Counted from the stretch's first letter, positions 20,333-30,532 are shown. The stretch: 64,000 nucleotides of DNA from Candidatus Firestoneibacteriota bacterium (GCA_038042445.1 JBBTED010000021.1:76024-140023); one strand, 5' to 3'. Made by a program: numbers and translations. Notes: generated by a model from the sequence alone, not told the origin.

Positions 20333-21391
20333 TTATCTTTTTATTAGATGAATTGCTGTGGCTTTAAAAGAAATAAAAACTTCATCTTTTTCCTTTAATT
20401 TCAGGCTTTTCATAGATTGCTTGGTTATAAAGGCAAGTAGGTCAAATCCACAATCAAGTCTTACTTTATATTCCAAACCCCACGATTCAATATGAATTAT
20501 TATTGCTTTAAAAACATTTCTGGCACTTGTTTTTTCTTTGTGTTTTGAAACAACTACATCCTGTGGTCGTATAAGAACAATTACTTCTTCATTAACATTT
20601 AATTCAGATATTACCTGTATTACTTTGCTTTTCACACGCACACTACAAAGATTATCTTCTTTCTTAAAAATTATACCTTCGGCAACTGTTTCAATACCTA
20701 TAAAATCAGCTGCTTCCTTTGAACTCGGAGATGTAAACACCTGTTCTGGTGTACCAATTTCAAGGATTTTGCCTTCTTTCATCACAGCAATCCTATCAGA
20801 CAAGCATAATGCCTCATTTTGATCCTGACTTACAAATAAAGCGGTAATTCCTCTATTCTTAATAATTTTACGAATCTCAGTCATTAGCTGTTCTTTGTAA
20901 AGCCGTTCTAAACTTAAGAACGGTTCATCCAAAAAAACTAATTCAGGCTCACTTACAAAAGCCCTAGCTAATGAAACCCTATGCATCTGCCCTTGAGAAA
21001 GTTTCAAAGCATTATTATGTTTCAAATCCTCTATCTTAAATAACTTTAACATTTCATTTACCTTTGATTCGCTATTCTTTCCACGCAAACGTAAAGGCAT
21101 AGCTACATTATTTTCCACTGTATTATTAAACAAATAAGGTCTTGAAAAAACATAAGAAATCCTGCGTCTGTAAGATAAAACATCATTTTGTTTAAGAATA
21201 TCCTTGCCAAAAATAATGACCCTTCCAGTTTCCGGGTTTTCAAACAAACTTAAAATATTTAAAAGAGTTGTTTTGCCTGCACCATTTGGACCAATTACTG
21301 AAAATATTTCCTTGTCCTGTATATGCAAAGATTTTATATCCAAGCAAAAACTTTTGCTAAGATTTAATGTAAGATTATTTATTTCAATCAT
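20333..21391 (-). CDS. tupC: Tungstate/molybdate ABC transporter ATPase with C-terminal TOBE domains
   Basis: GPNGAGKTT, LDEPF, TSARN and FKATAI TOBE motifs; operon context. Confidence 0.85.
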   Translation of the reverse strand: MIEINNLTLNLSKSFCLDIKSLHIQDKEIFSVIGPNGAGKTTLLNILSLFENPETGRVIIFGKDILKQNDVLSYRRRISYVFSRPYLFNNTVENNVAMPLRLRGKNSESKVNEMLKLFKIEDLKHNNALKLSQGQMHRVSLARAFVSEPELVFLDEPFLSLERLYKEQLMTEIRKIIKNRGITALFVSQDQNEALCLSDRIAVMKEGKILEIGTPEQVFTSPSSKEAADFIGIETVAEGIIFKKEDNLCSVRVKSKVIQVISELNVNEEVIVLIRPQDVVVSKHKEKTSARNVFKAIIIHIESWGLEYKVRLDCGFDLLAFITKQSMKSLKLKEKDEVFISFKATAIHLIKR

Positions 21392-22089
21392 TAGTCTCTT
21401 CTGTTTTTTTGTTGAATATATGTAAGTGTTAAATTTACAATAAAACTCATAACCAATAAGATTAAACCAATAGCTATGGCAAAATCAAAATTCCCCTTAT
21501 TTGTTTCAAGCACTATTGCAGTAGTTAATACCCTTGTTTGACTCTTAATATTTCCACCAACCATCATTACAGCCCCAACTTCAGAAATTATACTACCAAA
21601 CCCAGCTATAATTGCAGCTAAAACAGACAAACGAATCTCTTTAAGTAGTATAATAATAGATTGTGAAGTATTTGCGCCTAAAGCTATAATTTGCAGATAC
21701 ATTTTCTTGTCAACACTTTGAAAAGCAGCAACTGTTAATCCTATAATAATGGGTAATGCAATTATTACTTGCGCTAAAATCATACCTTTTACTGTATATA
21801 ACCACTGCAAGAAACCAAAAGGACCGTTTCTAAACAAAAACAGACTTATAACAAGACCAATAACTACAGGCGGTAATCCCATTCCAGTATTAATCAATGA
21901 AATTAGTATCTTTTTTAGAGGGAATTTTTTAATTGCAATAATGGCTCCTGATGGCACACCTATCAAAACAGCAATAGCAGTTGCAGAAATAGAAACAAGT
22001 AAAGATACTCTAAGAATATCCAGAATATCTCTATCCAGAGAAAATATTAATTCAATAGCTTTTTTAATACCATCGAATATAAAATCCAC
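21391..22089 (-). CDS. tupB: Tungstate ABC transporter permease
   Basis: MGLPPVVIGL, SEVGAVMMVGGNI, TRVLTTAIVLET. Confidence 0.92.
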   Translation of the reverse strand: MDFIFDGIKKAIELIFSLDRDILDILRVSLLVSISATAIAVLIGVPSGAIIAIKKFPLKKILISLINTGMGLPPVVIGLVISLFLFRNGPFGFLQWLYTVKGMILAQVIIALPIIIGLTVAAFQSVDKKMYLQIIALGANTSQSIIILLKEIRLSVLAAIIAGFGSIISEVGAVMMVGGNIKSQTRVLTTAIVLETNKGNFDFAIAIGLILLVMSFIVNLTLTYIQQKNRRD

Positions 22090-22093
22090 TTAT

Positions 22094-22915
22094 CTACTTT
22101 TTCACCTCGTAGTCATAGAAAAACAACTGCTGACCGTATTTTTCTCTTCCGAAATTTTCAACTATTTCCTTTGTTTTTGCAGAAAGCAAAAAATCAAGAA
22201 GTATTTTCGCACCCTTTTCATTTACTTTTGAAAATTTTTGCGTATTAACAGGTATTAAACTATATAAATTTAACAAATTTTTGTCGTTTTCGAACAAAAT
22301 GGTTAGACTCAAATTTTTCTTCAAAGAAAGATATGAAGAACGATCAGCCAAACAGTATGCTTGTTTTTCATCTGCAATTCTTACAGTAGCCGCCATTCCC
22401 TGGCCTACTTCAACATACTTTTCTTTATTTGGAGTCCTTTCAGCAATTTTCCAGATTTTTAGTTCCTTCTTATGTGTTCCAGACTGATCACCGCGAGATA
22501 CGAACAAAACTGCTTTTTCAGAAATAATTTTAAAAGCATTAGTAATACTCTTTGCAGTCTTAACTCCTGCAGGATCATTTGCAGGTCCCAAAAGCACAAA
22601 ATCGTTATGCATAAAAGTTGTACGACTTATTCCATAACCTTCTTCAACAAATTTTTTTTCATCGTCAGGACTATGCACCCATAAAATATCTGCTTCTCCA
22701 TTCATTCCAAGTTTTATTGCCTGTCCTGTTCCAACAGCAATAGGCTTAACTGTATAACCAGTTTCTGTAGTAAATTTTTCCAGCAAAACATCAAGTAATC
22801 CTGTATCCTGCACACTTGTAGTAGTAGCAAGAATGATTATTTTGTTCTCCTGTGCTATTAACGGTATTGCTATCAGCATTAAACCCAAAAAAAACAGCAT
22901 TATTTTCTTAAGCAT
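22094..22915 (-). CDS. tupA: Tungstate ABC transporter substrate-binding protein
   Basis: ATTTS signature, VGTGQA, SRGDQSGTH, GQGM. Confidence 0.92.
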   Translation of the reverse strand: MLKKIMLFFLGLMLIAIPLIAQENKIIILATTTSVQDTGLLDVLLEKFTTETGYTVKPIAVGTGQAIKLGMNGEADILWVHSPDDEKKFVEEGYGISRTTFMHNDFVLLGPANDPAGVKTAKSITNAFKIISEKAVLFVSRGDQSGTHKKELKIWKIAERTPNKEKYVEVGQGMAATVRIADEKQAYCLADRSSYLSLKKNLSLTILFENDKNLLNLYSLIPVNTQKFSKVNEKGAKILLDFLLSAKTKEIVENFGREKYGQQLFFYDYEVKK

Positions 22916-22930
22916 AGCTTTCTCCTATTC

Positions 22931-22976
22931 AAATCCCCCTATTTCCCCCTTTTTCAAAGGGGGACTAAAGAGGATC
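22931..22976. repeat. Palindromic repeat family C, intergenic
   Basis: AAATCCCCCTATTTCCCCCTTTTTCAAAGGGGGACTAAAGAGGATC. Confidence 0.8.
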
Positions 22977-22994
22977 CTTAAATTATATAATTTA

Positions 22995-24101
22995 TTAATA
23001 GTTTATCTGTACCATCGCGTTAAACTTATTGTTATTTAAAATATTGTCATCCTTCACAAGATAATCCACCAAAAATCTCACAGATTTGTCTGCATAAATA
23101 TTTACTCCTACAGTATAATAGGATAAATATTTACCATCCCAAATATTTTCATCCCATCTTTCAAGTCTCACTACAGGAGCAATTAACGACAAATCAGAAG
23201 ATAGCAATCCAAATGGCTTACCTTCCAGAGTAATTATTGCATCCATAACATCAGAAACTCCAGTTGAGTTTTTGCCTGCTATATACTCAAGAGTAAAAAA
23301 CACCATATCTGTCTCATATTTCCCTGACACTCCGTAATGGGTCTCATATTTGCTTCCTGTTGCTATATAACGATTATAATCAGAAACACTAAATTCCAAA
23401 TCATTCATAGGTTTTGTAATAAGATACGCGGAGAAATCCTTCATACCATCTGTTTCTGACGCATAAGTAGTACCATTTATTACCGCAATTCTCCACGAAA
23501 GAAGATTTTTGAGACTCTCTCCAGGAAGATTGCCATATAACTGAACGCCATAATCATATTTTGATGTAATCACCTTAGACATAGATTGCGGTGTATCAAA
23601 AACTTTTGATTTTGATGCAGGATAATTGTTCTCAAAACTAAACGGAATTATATATTGCCCTATCTTCACCTTTAGCAAGTTTTTATCAGCAACAAAATCT
23701 GCCCATAACTCCTTAAATGTAACTGTAGACAAAGATATTGCTGATGATGAAAATTCAGGTTGTATTTTAAATTCTGTCCATTCATTTAATTTCCAGCTAA
23801 ATCCCACTCTCGCTGTTTTTATTGCAAACGGTTCCTTTCCTCCAAGAGTAGGATCACTTGTATATGAAAATTGAGAATACCCTGAAATTTTATAAACTGG
23901 GGATGATTTTTTTATTGCTTCATCAGTTTTATTCTTTTCTGCCTGAACCAAAAGTTCATTTGCAGTCTTAATATCTTTGCCCTCCAATTCAGTAAGCTGA
24001 CCTTTTTCAACAAGTTTATCTACAAGAATGTCACATTGTCCTGCAAAAAGATTTGTACTACAAATTACTATTACCGCTACTAAAACCATAAACTCCTTCA
24101 T
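22995..24101 (-). CDS. Outer-membrane porin (OprO/OprP-like anion-selective), probably oxyanion uptake
   Basis: Signal peptide, DILVDKLVEKG periplasmic helix, KIGQYIIPFSFE motif, amphipathic strands, terminal aromatic (QINY); lies upstream of tupA. Confidence 0.72.
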   Translation of the reverse strand: MKEFMVLVAVIVICSTNLFAGQCDILVDKLVEKGQLTELEGKDIKTANELLVQAEKNKTDEAIKKSSPVYKISGYSQFSYTSDPTLGGKEPFAIKTARVGFSWKLNEWTEFKIQPEFSSSAISLSTVTFKELWADFVADKNLLKVKIGQYIIPFSFENNYPASKSKVFDTPQSMSKVITSKYDYGVQLYGNLPGESLKNLLSWRIAVINGTTYASETDGMKDFSAYLITKPMNDLEFSVSDYNRYIATGSKYETHYGVSGKYETDMVFFTLEYIAGKNSTGVSDVMDAIITLEGKPFGLLSSDLSLIAPVVRLERWDENIWDGKYLSYYTVGVNIYADKSVRFLVDYLVKDDNILNNNKFNAMVQINY

Positions 24102-24200
24102 ATCTTACTCCTCCCACTTTTATTTTTGCGATACTATCAAAAATGCTTTTGACAGTTTTTTATGAATATGTATTACATCCTACATTTTTCAGTTGTAGTG

Positions 24201-24254
24201 ATAGTCGCAAGCTTTAGCTTGCGGTTTTTCCCGCAGGCTAAAGCCTGCGACTAC
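24201..24254. repeat. REPIN-like doublet (family B2)
   Basis: ATAGTCGCAAGCTTTAGCTTGCG...CGCAGGCTAAAGCCTGCGACTAC; the same arms occur at 31811-31882 and one arm at 36308-36330. Confidence 0.88.
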
Positions 24255-24278
24255 CTTTTATTTGCTTCTCCTTTCTAT

Positions 24279-24605
24279 CTACAAAATTTCTTTATAGCGT
24301 TTATTCACAGATGCTGTTATTTTAGTCTCAATCTTTTCAAATTTTTTCAACAAACCTTTTGCATAATCAGTCAATACTGCCCCTCCACCTCCTTTCCCTC
24401 CTCTGTTTTTAACAAGCAAAATTTTCCCCAATCTTTTTTCTGCTGAATGAATATAACTCCATGTATGGCGATACGACATATTTAACTTCTCTGCAGCTTT
24501 TTTTATAGAATTTGTTTCAGAAACAGCTTTCAAGATAGCATACCTACCCGGACCAAAAACAAGATTACCGTCTTTTTCAAACCAGACTTTTACTTTTATT
24601 TGCAT
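24279..24605 (-). CDS. modE: ModE-family winged-helix regulator (DNA-binding domain only)
   Basis: FGPGR..IL..V....SIKKAAEKLNMSYRHTW...GGKGGGGAVLT. Confidence 0.9.
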   Translation of the reverse strand: MQIKVKVWFEKDGNLVFGPGRYAILKAVSETNSIKKAAEKLNMSYRHTWSYIHSAEKRLGKILLVKNRGGKGGGGAVLTDYAKGLLKKFEKIETKITASVNKRYKEIL

Positions 24606-24610
24606 AGATT

Positions 24611-24677
24611 AATAATTCCCGATGTGCGTATTACGCATATCGGGAATTATTTTACCACGTCCTTTTATATTGGTCAA
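24611..24677 (-). promoter_or_regulatory. Sigma-70 promoter of modE overlapping a 41-bp palindrome
   Basis: Minus strand TTGACC-17 nt-TAAAAT with extended -10 TG; palindrome AATAATTCCCGATGTGCGTA-T-TACGCATATCGGGAATTATT at 24611-24651. Confidence 0.65.
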
Positions 24678-24702
24678 GTTTTTTTAGTAAAATAGATACT
24701 GC

Positions 24703-26100
24703 TTATAGATATGAAATTTTGACACGTTTCTTCTTTTTATCGGTTGGTTCATTGCTTTCTTCTACTTCTTCTGTATCTTTACCTTTATCTTTTTCTACAA
24801 TTTCTTCTTCTTTCTGTGCAAGTAAAATATATGCATTGTGTAGTTTTTGCCGAATATCAGTATTCTTAGGATCTTTTTTTAGAATTGTTCTATATAATTC
24901 TATCGCTTTTTCAATAAAACCATTTTTAATGCTTTCCTCTGCTTTGAAGTGCAAAAAATCTATATCATCTGTAGAACTAATAGTTTCTTTAGGCGATTCA
25001 ACTTCAGATACAACAGAAGTATTTTCTACAACAGGTGCTTTAGGAATTGTTCTCTGCACATCTTGCTTTGCTGAAGAAACTGTTTGAGTAATTCCTCCTC
25101 CTGATTCTAATGCGTATAACTTTGTTTTAGCATCTTCACAATTAGGATCTAAATTTAATATCTTTTGATATATTTGCTTTGCAGAATCAACATTCTTATT
25201 TTTAACATATATACCGGCTAATGCTAAATACTGGGTAACAGCACTATCAAGTTTGCCAAGTGTTTCATAGAAATTTGCGCATTTAGTTCTACCATCTACA
25301 TTTTCTGGAGATAATTTTATAATTTTATTATATATTTCTTCTGCTTTGTCAGGACTATTCTGTTTTATAAAAATATTTATAATATTAAGATAGGCAGGAA
25401 CAGCTTCCCGCATAGAACCTCTTTTTGCATAAACATCTGCCAATCCTTCCAATGCATCTATATCATCAGGTTTTGTTTTTAATATCTTCTCAAATACAGA
25501 AGTCGCATCTGGGAATTTACCAATTCTAAGATAAACCGTTCCAAGTTTTGAAAGCGCTTCTAAATGAGACGGTTTAAATTTTAAAAGATATTCAAATGCA
25601 TTTATTGCTTCTTGCCATAATTCATGTTTAAATGTAACCATTCCAAGAACAAATTGAGCTTCAATACTTTTTAGTTCTATTGCTTTTTTAGCATACTCTT
25701 CTGCTTTATTTAAATCGTCTTTTTTAAGATATGCCTCTGCAATATTTAAAAATTCTATTTTAGCTTCCCGTTGCATACCCTCTTTAGCATATAAATCAAC
25801 CAACTTAACTCTTGTATCCAAAGCTTCAGAATCAAACTCTAAAACCTTTTGATAAAATTTTACTGCTCCTTTGTTAAGCTTGCTATCATAATAAGCATTA
25901 GCAATAAAAAGATATTGTTCTGCTGCTTTGGAATTTAAACCTTTAGCAGCATAACATTCAGCCAATTTTAAAACTACATTAGCATTTTGTGGATCAAGTT
26001 TCAAAGCTTCTTCAAAAAGAGAAATGGCTTTATCCATATCTCCACTTTGAAAACAGGCACTTCCATCATCCAATAATTTCTTAATATCTTCCTGTGACAT
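24703..26100 (-). CDS. Cytoplasmic tetratricopeptide repeat protein
   Basis: Many consecutive TPRs, low-complexity linker, charged tail. Confidence 0.8.
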   Translation of the reverse strand: MSQEDIKKLLDDGSACFQSGDMDKAISLFEEALKLDPQNANVVLKLAECYAAKGLNSKAAEQYLFIANAYYDSKLNKGAVKFYQKVLEFDSEALDTRVKLVDLYAKEGMQREAKIEFLNIAEAYLKKDDLNKAEEYAKKAIELKSIEAQFVLGMVTFKHELWQEAINAFEYLLKFKPSHLEALSKLGTVYLRIGKFPDATSVFEKILKTKPDDIDALEGLADVYAKRGSMREAVPAYLNIINIFIKQNSPDKAEEIYNKIIKLSPENVDGRTKCANFYETLGKLDSAVTQYLALAGIYVKNKNVDSAKQIYQKILNLDPNCEDAKTKLYALESGGGITQTVSSAKQDVQRTIPKAPVVENTSVVSEVESPKETISSTDDIDFLHFKAEESIKNGFIEKAIELYRTILKKDPKNTDIRQKLHNAYILLAQKEEEIVEKDKGKDTEEVEESNEPTDKKKKRVKISYL

Positions 26101-26108
26101 AATTTTTT

Positions 26109-26143
26109 AAATATGGTCTGTGTTTTTCCACCAGACCATATTT
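26109..26143. repeat. Hairpin repeat family D (TATGG...CCATA)
   Basis: AAATATGGTCTG-loop-CAGACCATATTT; related sequences at 33318-33348 and 56087-56116. Confidence 0.55.
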
Positions 26144-26189
26144 ATCTGGTAATATATATCTTGTTTTGTGAAAAGTCAAGCTCATAAAT

Positions 26190-26236
26190 AAATCCCCCCT
26201 TAATCCCCCTTTAACAAAGGGGGTATGGGAGATTTA
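26190..26236. repeat. Palindromic repeat family C overlapping the hemA 3' end and stop codon
   Basis: AAATCCCCCTTAATCCCCCTTTAACAAAGGGGGTATGGGAGATTT; translated as KSPIPPLLKGD-stop. Confidence 0.8.
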
Positions 26237-27252
26237 TTAAACCATTGAATAAATTTGCCTACTCGCTCTTTAATTATAGAATTAGCTTTTTCAAGCTCCT
26301 GCTCTCTATCAGCTATATTCTCATTCACTATTTTTTGCAAATCATCAATATTATACAAATAAACATTTTCTATTTTATTAACTTCTTCATCTATATCTCT
26401 TGGCACAGCAAGATCTATAAAAAATATTGGTCTGTATTTTCTTAAAGGCATTATGGTTTTTATATCAGATTTATGAATTATATAATTTTGGGCACTCGTA
26501 GAACTTATAACAATGTCAATCTCTCTGATCTTTACAAACTTATCTTCAAATCCAACTGATTCACCATTAAACTTTTGCGCAAGTTCATCTGCACGAGATA
26601 TCGTCCTATTGGCAATATAGACTTTTTCAACTCCACGCTCCTGCAAATATTTAAGTGCTAATTCACTCATTTCGCCTGCGCCAATTACCATAACTTTTTT
26701 GCCTATTAATTCTCCAAATATACGTTCTGCCATATCAACAGCAACAGAACTAAGAGATAATGCTCCTTTATTTATACCAGTATTTGCACGAACATATTTA
26801 CCCGCACCTATAGCATTCTGAAACAAAACATTCAAATATTTAGACGTAAATTTATTAGCCTGCGCTATAGAATATGCTTTTTTAACCTGACCAAGAACTT
26901 CATTTTCACCAATTACCATAGAATCAAGACCACTTGTAACTTTAAAAAGGTGTTCTACTGAATAAGGGATTGAATGATAAAAAAATATCTTTTCCAGTTC
27001 TGCAATATCTAATTTACCTACTTCAGAAAAAAATTGCTTTGTTTTTTTTATAGTGTCATTTAAATCCAAAGTTGTACAATATATCTCTGCTCTATTACAT
27101 GTAGAAAGAACAACACATTCTCCCAAAGAAACTTCTGATTTAATCTTTTCAAGAAAATATATTAGTTTATCTTCCTGTATAGAAAATTTTTCTCTTATTT
27201 CTACTGGAGCCGTCTTGTGATTTACACCAAAAACCATTATATTTGGATTCAT
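26200..27252 (-). CDS. hemA: Glutamyl-tRNA reductase, short form lacking most of the dimerisation domain
   Basis: HKTAPVEIREK, STCNRAE, GLDSMVIGENEVLGQVK, GAGEM, DLAVPRD. Confidence 0.95.
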   Translation of the reverse strand: MNPNIMVFGVNHKTAPVEIREKFSIQEDKLIYFLEKIKSEVSLGECVVLSTCNRAEIYCTTLDLNDTIKKTKQFFSEVGKLDIAELEKIFFYHSIPYSVEHLFKVTSGLDSMVIGENEVLGQVKKAYSIAQANKFTSKYLNVLFQNAIGAGKYVRANTGINKGALSLSSVAVDMAERIFGELIGKKVMVIGAGEMSELALKYLQERGVEKVYIANRTISRADELAQKFNGESVGFEDKFVKIREIDIVISSTSAQNYIIHKSDIKTIMPLRKYRPIFFIDLAVPRDIDEEVNKIENVYLYNIDDLQKIVNENIADREQELEKANSIIKERVGKFIQWFNKSPIPPLLKGD

Positions 27253-28059
27253 TTAATTATGAAAATTTGTAGGAAATAATAAATTTATTCCGATAAAAGA
27301 AAATATCATAAATACAAAAGATGCTATTATTATCCATGCTATTTTTTTCCCTCTAAAAAAACCAAATATATGCAAATGCAATAATATTGCATACGTAAAC
27401 CATGTTATAACTGAAAAAATTTCTTTAAAACTTCCAGACCAATAAACCCCTTCCAAGTTCCCAAGCCAAAATGCACCAACTATCATTCCTCCAGTTAAAA
27501 ATAAAAATCCGATTTTAATAGACTGATAACCTAAATTATCCACAATCTGAAGTGCTGGAACAGTTTTTGAAGAAAGTATGTCTGATGCATGCTTCTTGAT
27601 TTTTCTTTCCTGCCATAGATATAAAATTGCACAAACAAATCCTGCTGTAAAGCCTGCGTATCCCAAAAAAGTTAAGGTTGTGTGTACCAACAACCACAAA
27701 TTTGAGAAATAAATCTCTTGTGGCTGGACTTCTTTTAAAAATATCTTAACCACAAGTAAAATCATCGCTATTGGCAACAAAATAAAATTCAATGTTTTTA
27801 CTTTATATTTCAGAGTTATAACTCCAGTTAAAAACACAAGCATCCACGCATAAAATGGCAATGCATTAACTATAGAATTTACTGAAAAACATCCTTCTTT
27901 GGAATACTTTAGGACAAAATAGGAAGTATGCAAAATAAATGCAATCCATAGCGTGAATTGTCCATAGAAATTCAACTCACGTTTATTTATAATTGATTTT
28001 ATATAACTTGCAAAACTTGCAAGGTAAAACAGCAAACTTATTAAAATAATATTTTCCAT
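27253..28059 (-). CDS. ccsA: Cytochrome c assembly protein (CcsA/HemX-like)
   Basis: About eight transmembrane helices, conserved His (LVHTTL), GAFW....G.YW...KE tryptophan-rich motif; adjacent to hemA. Confidence 0.85.
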   Translation of the reverse strand: MENIILISLLFYLASFASYIKSIINKRELNFYGQFTLWIAFILHTSYFVLKYSKEGCFSVNSIVNALPFYAWMLVFLTGVITLKYKVKTLNFILLPIAMILLVVKIFLKEVQPQEIYFSNLWLLVHTTLTFLGYAGFTAGFVCAILYLWQERKIKKHASDILSSKTVPALQIVDNLGYQSIKIGFLFLTGGMIVGAFWLGNLEGVYWSGSFKEIFSVITWFTYAILLHLHIFGFFRGKKIAWIIIASFVFMIFSFIGINLLFPTNFHN

Positions 28060-28083
28060 AAAGATTTTTAAAACCCAAGAATA

Positions 28084-28105
28084 GAGCAGACAAGTCTGCC
28101 CCTAC
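28084..28105 (-). repeat. GTAG-type REP palindrome
   Basis: Minus strand GTAGGGGCAGACTTGTCTGCTC. Confidence 0.65.
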
Positions 28106-28120
28106 GGGTCCAATTTGAGT

Positions 28121-28149
28121 ATTATAAAATACATTGAACTTTATGTAAA
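28121..28149 (-). promoter_or_regulatory. Sigma-70 promoter for ccsA-hemA
   Basis: Minus strand TTTACA-17 nt-TATAAT; homologous copy at 34939-34968. Confidence 0.65.
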
Positions 28150-28153
28150 GAAT

Positions 28154-28187
28154 AAAAAAACCACACCTATATAAGTGTGGTTTTTTT
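28154..28187. terminator. Intrinsic terminator downstream of mtrB (bidirectional form)
   Basis: A7-CCACAC-loop-GTGTGG-T7. Confidence 0.8.
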
Positions 28188-28294
28188 AAAACTCCAAACT
28201 AACGTGTAATTATCTGCGGATGTGCGGAGAGGTATATTAAACACACCGCAGAAGTATTAAAATTTCATCACTATACCGACATAAACACTAATAT

Positions 28295-30532
28295 TTACCA
28301 GTTATATTTTAAACCGATGTAGCCAACATGTGCCGTAAAATCCCTAAGGCTGTCGCCCAAAAAAATTGCGTTGGGACTAGAAACACCGGCTGCTGTTAAA
28401 CCTGCGACAACAGGGACATTCTCAACGGCAAAATCCTCAACATCAAAAATAGTCAGAATGTAACCTCCCACCAAAACCAATCCTTCACCAATCGTATATT
28501 CCGGACGAATAGCTAATTCCTGGAGTGCGCTCTTGGTATCTGCTGGATCAGTTTCAACCACAGTAGTTGTTCCTGGAATATCGCTGACTGTTATTTTTCC
28601 CTTGCCTATGGAATAATTGTATCCCACCATAAGACCTAATTTGGACAAAGGAGAAAAATTCATATCAACACCGATAGTATGAAAAATATCATTATTTGTA
28701 GCTGTCCAATCATTTGCTGCATCTTGAGTAAGCACTGCGCCTGAGACATTAGACCGTTCTGTTGACTTAACATTTTGGATGTCATAAAGTAAAGAAATAT
28801 CGAAAGTTTCATCTAACATCCAATCTGCACTTACTGTTCCACCCTGAGCACTGGATTCCAGAATACCGTACATATAATTGGTATTAGTAGCAATACCACC
28901 AGTTAAATCACCTATACCTGGTTTATATTTATCATCACGGTTAAATGCAGCAAGAGAGAGTCCAATACCGCCAAGGTCTGTCCATTGAACAGTACCCTTA
29001 ACTTCGTTTCGGTCCCTGTCTGCCACATCCACCCGACGCAATCCAGGAAGCTCAATCAAATCGCCTGCAGAGTTTTTATAGTCACTAATCTCAAAATCAT
29101 CCATTCGCCTTAATCCCAAAATATAACCAGCTCGGACAGAAAACGAGGAAACAGGTCTATAGACCAGAGTTCCACGCAAAACACTTTCCTTTGTCTTTTC
29201 CACCTCACGTTTTGTTCTTTCCATAATCTCAAGACCACCACCAGCCGAAGCAGTCACATTGGAAAATACATCCATATCAATATCCACATCCAGATTTTGT
29301 CTATGAGGACTATAAACCTTGCTAGTATAAATGCTTGAACTCCAGTTCTGGTCAGCGGTTGCTTTTCCAGGAAAAACGATTTCCACGGTCTTGTTGCTGA
29401 CTACTTCGGAACGATAACCAACCCTTGTACCCAAAGAATCCCACGGTCTACTGCTTAAAATATAGGATTGATTAAAAATTCCCCTATTACCATTTAGGCT
29501 TGAAACAGGCAATGCAGTCGGATCATAGGCATTAACCGTAGGATTGGCATAAGATCCCGGAACAATGGCTGTATTAATAGTATAAGGAAGAAAAATTGCG
29601 TTTTGTGTCAAAAGAGCATAACTCAAAGTGGTATGAAAATAACTGTTTAATGGAAGATCGAGCATATTCACGTTAAATGTAGCCATATGCTGAGTATTGT
29701 CTGGATAAAGTGAAGTCCGTCCGGATTTTGAATTCGTACCACCACTATAACCAGAGGCAGAAGCTTGATCAGTCAATCTTTTGGGATTATCCCAAGTCAT
29801 TTCTGTTACCTTATTGTGAAATAAAGAATATTCGTAAGCAAGATCCACATTCCAATTTTTTTGCGTCAAAGATGTGTCCAAAGAAAACTTGGTTGTTTCA
29901 TAATCAACAGGTTCAGGCAACTCAATTGTGAAAAAGCCCAAAGTTCCTCCAATTGCCTTGGTTCCGGATTTATTCTCACGATTTGCGCTAATTTTGAAGC
30001 CAACATCACCCAAACTGGGAAGACCAATATCAAACCCATAGGAATCTCTAAGCAACTTGAGGGGTACCGCATTTGTATTTTTGGCTAAATCCAACAACAG
30101 ATCATTGGTTGTGGGAGACGTGGTAGTTGTGGATGCCTGTAGTTTCCGCTGTATCTCATCGGATAGAGTAAAAACTCCAGCACTGATTTCCGAAAAAGGC
30201 GTCCTTGAAATAAGACTAAGAGAATGAGGTGTCTTGTCCCACCATGCGCTAAAGGACAACCCATTTTCTCGTTTATAAAGAAACCTGGCGAACTGATCAT
30301 CTCTCATCACGTTTTTAGCAGTGAAAGAAATACCATAATCTGGGCTTTCAAAATCAAGCCTGTATTTGTTAATAGAAAGCCCTTTAGGAATAACCCGGTA
30401 TTCTTCAAATTTAGCTTCTTGAACGTCAAGGTTTTTATAGTTAAAACCAAACTCAATCTCCTGCTTGACGTTTTCCGCGGCAAAAAGAGACCCCGTCATA
30501 ATTACGAGTGCACACAAAAACAGTATTCGCAT
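28295..30532 (-). CDS. mtrB: MtrB/PioB/MtoB family decaheme-associated outer-membrane beta-barrel
   Basis: Signal peptide after a GAGGAGG SD (ATG 30532), KFEEYR, ELPEPVDY, YSLFHN...WDNP, PDNTQH motifs, terminal W; directly downstream of a decaheme cytochrome. Confidence 0.9.
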   Translation of the reverse strand: MRILFLCALVIMTGSLFAAENVKQEIEFGFNYKNLDVQEAKFEEYRVIPKGLSINKYRLDFESPDYGISFTAKNVMRDDQFARFLYKRENGLSFSAWWDKTPHSLSLISRTPFSEISAGVFTLSDEIQRKLQASTTTTSPTTNDLLLDLAKNTNAVPLKLLRDSYGFDIGLPSLGDVGFKISANRENKSGTKAIGGTLGFFTIELPEPVDYETTKFSLDTSLTQKNWNVDLAYEYSLFHNKVTEMTWDNPKRLTDQASASGYSGGTNSKSGRTSLYPDNTQHMATFNVNMLDLPLNSYFHTTLSYALLTQNAIFLPYTINTAIVPGSYANPTVNAYDPTALPVSSLNGNRGIFNQSYILSSRPWDSLGTRVGYRSEVVSNKTVEIVFPGKATADQNWSSSIYTSKVYSPHRQNLDVDIDMDVFSNVTASAGGGLEIMERTKREVEKTKESVLRGTLVYRPVSSFSVRAGYILGLRRMDDFEISDYKNSAGDLIELPGLRRVDVADRDRNEVKGTVQWTDLGGIGLSLAAFNRDDKYKPGIGDLTGGIATNTNYMYGILESSAQGGTVSADWMLDETFDISLLYDIQNVKSTERSNVSGAVLTQDAANDWTATNNDIFHTIGVDMNFSPLSKLGLMVGYNYSIGKGKITVSDIPGTTTVVETDPADTKSALQELAIRPEYTIGEGLVLVGGYILTIFDVEDFAVENVPVVAGLTAAGVSSPNAIFLGDSLRDFTAHVGYIGLKYNW

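Noticed and set aside
24102..24200. Molybdenum/tungsten cofactor riboswitch upstream of the porin-tup operon
   Set aside because: I could not identify the multi-stem structure by eye; an Infernal search against Rfam would decide.
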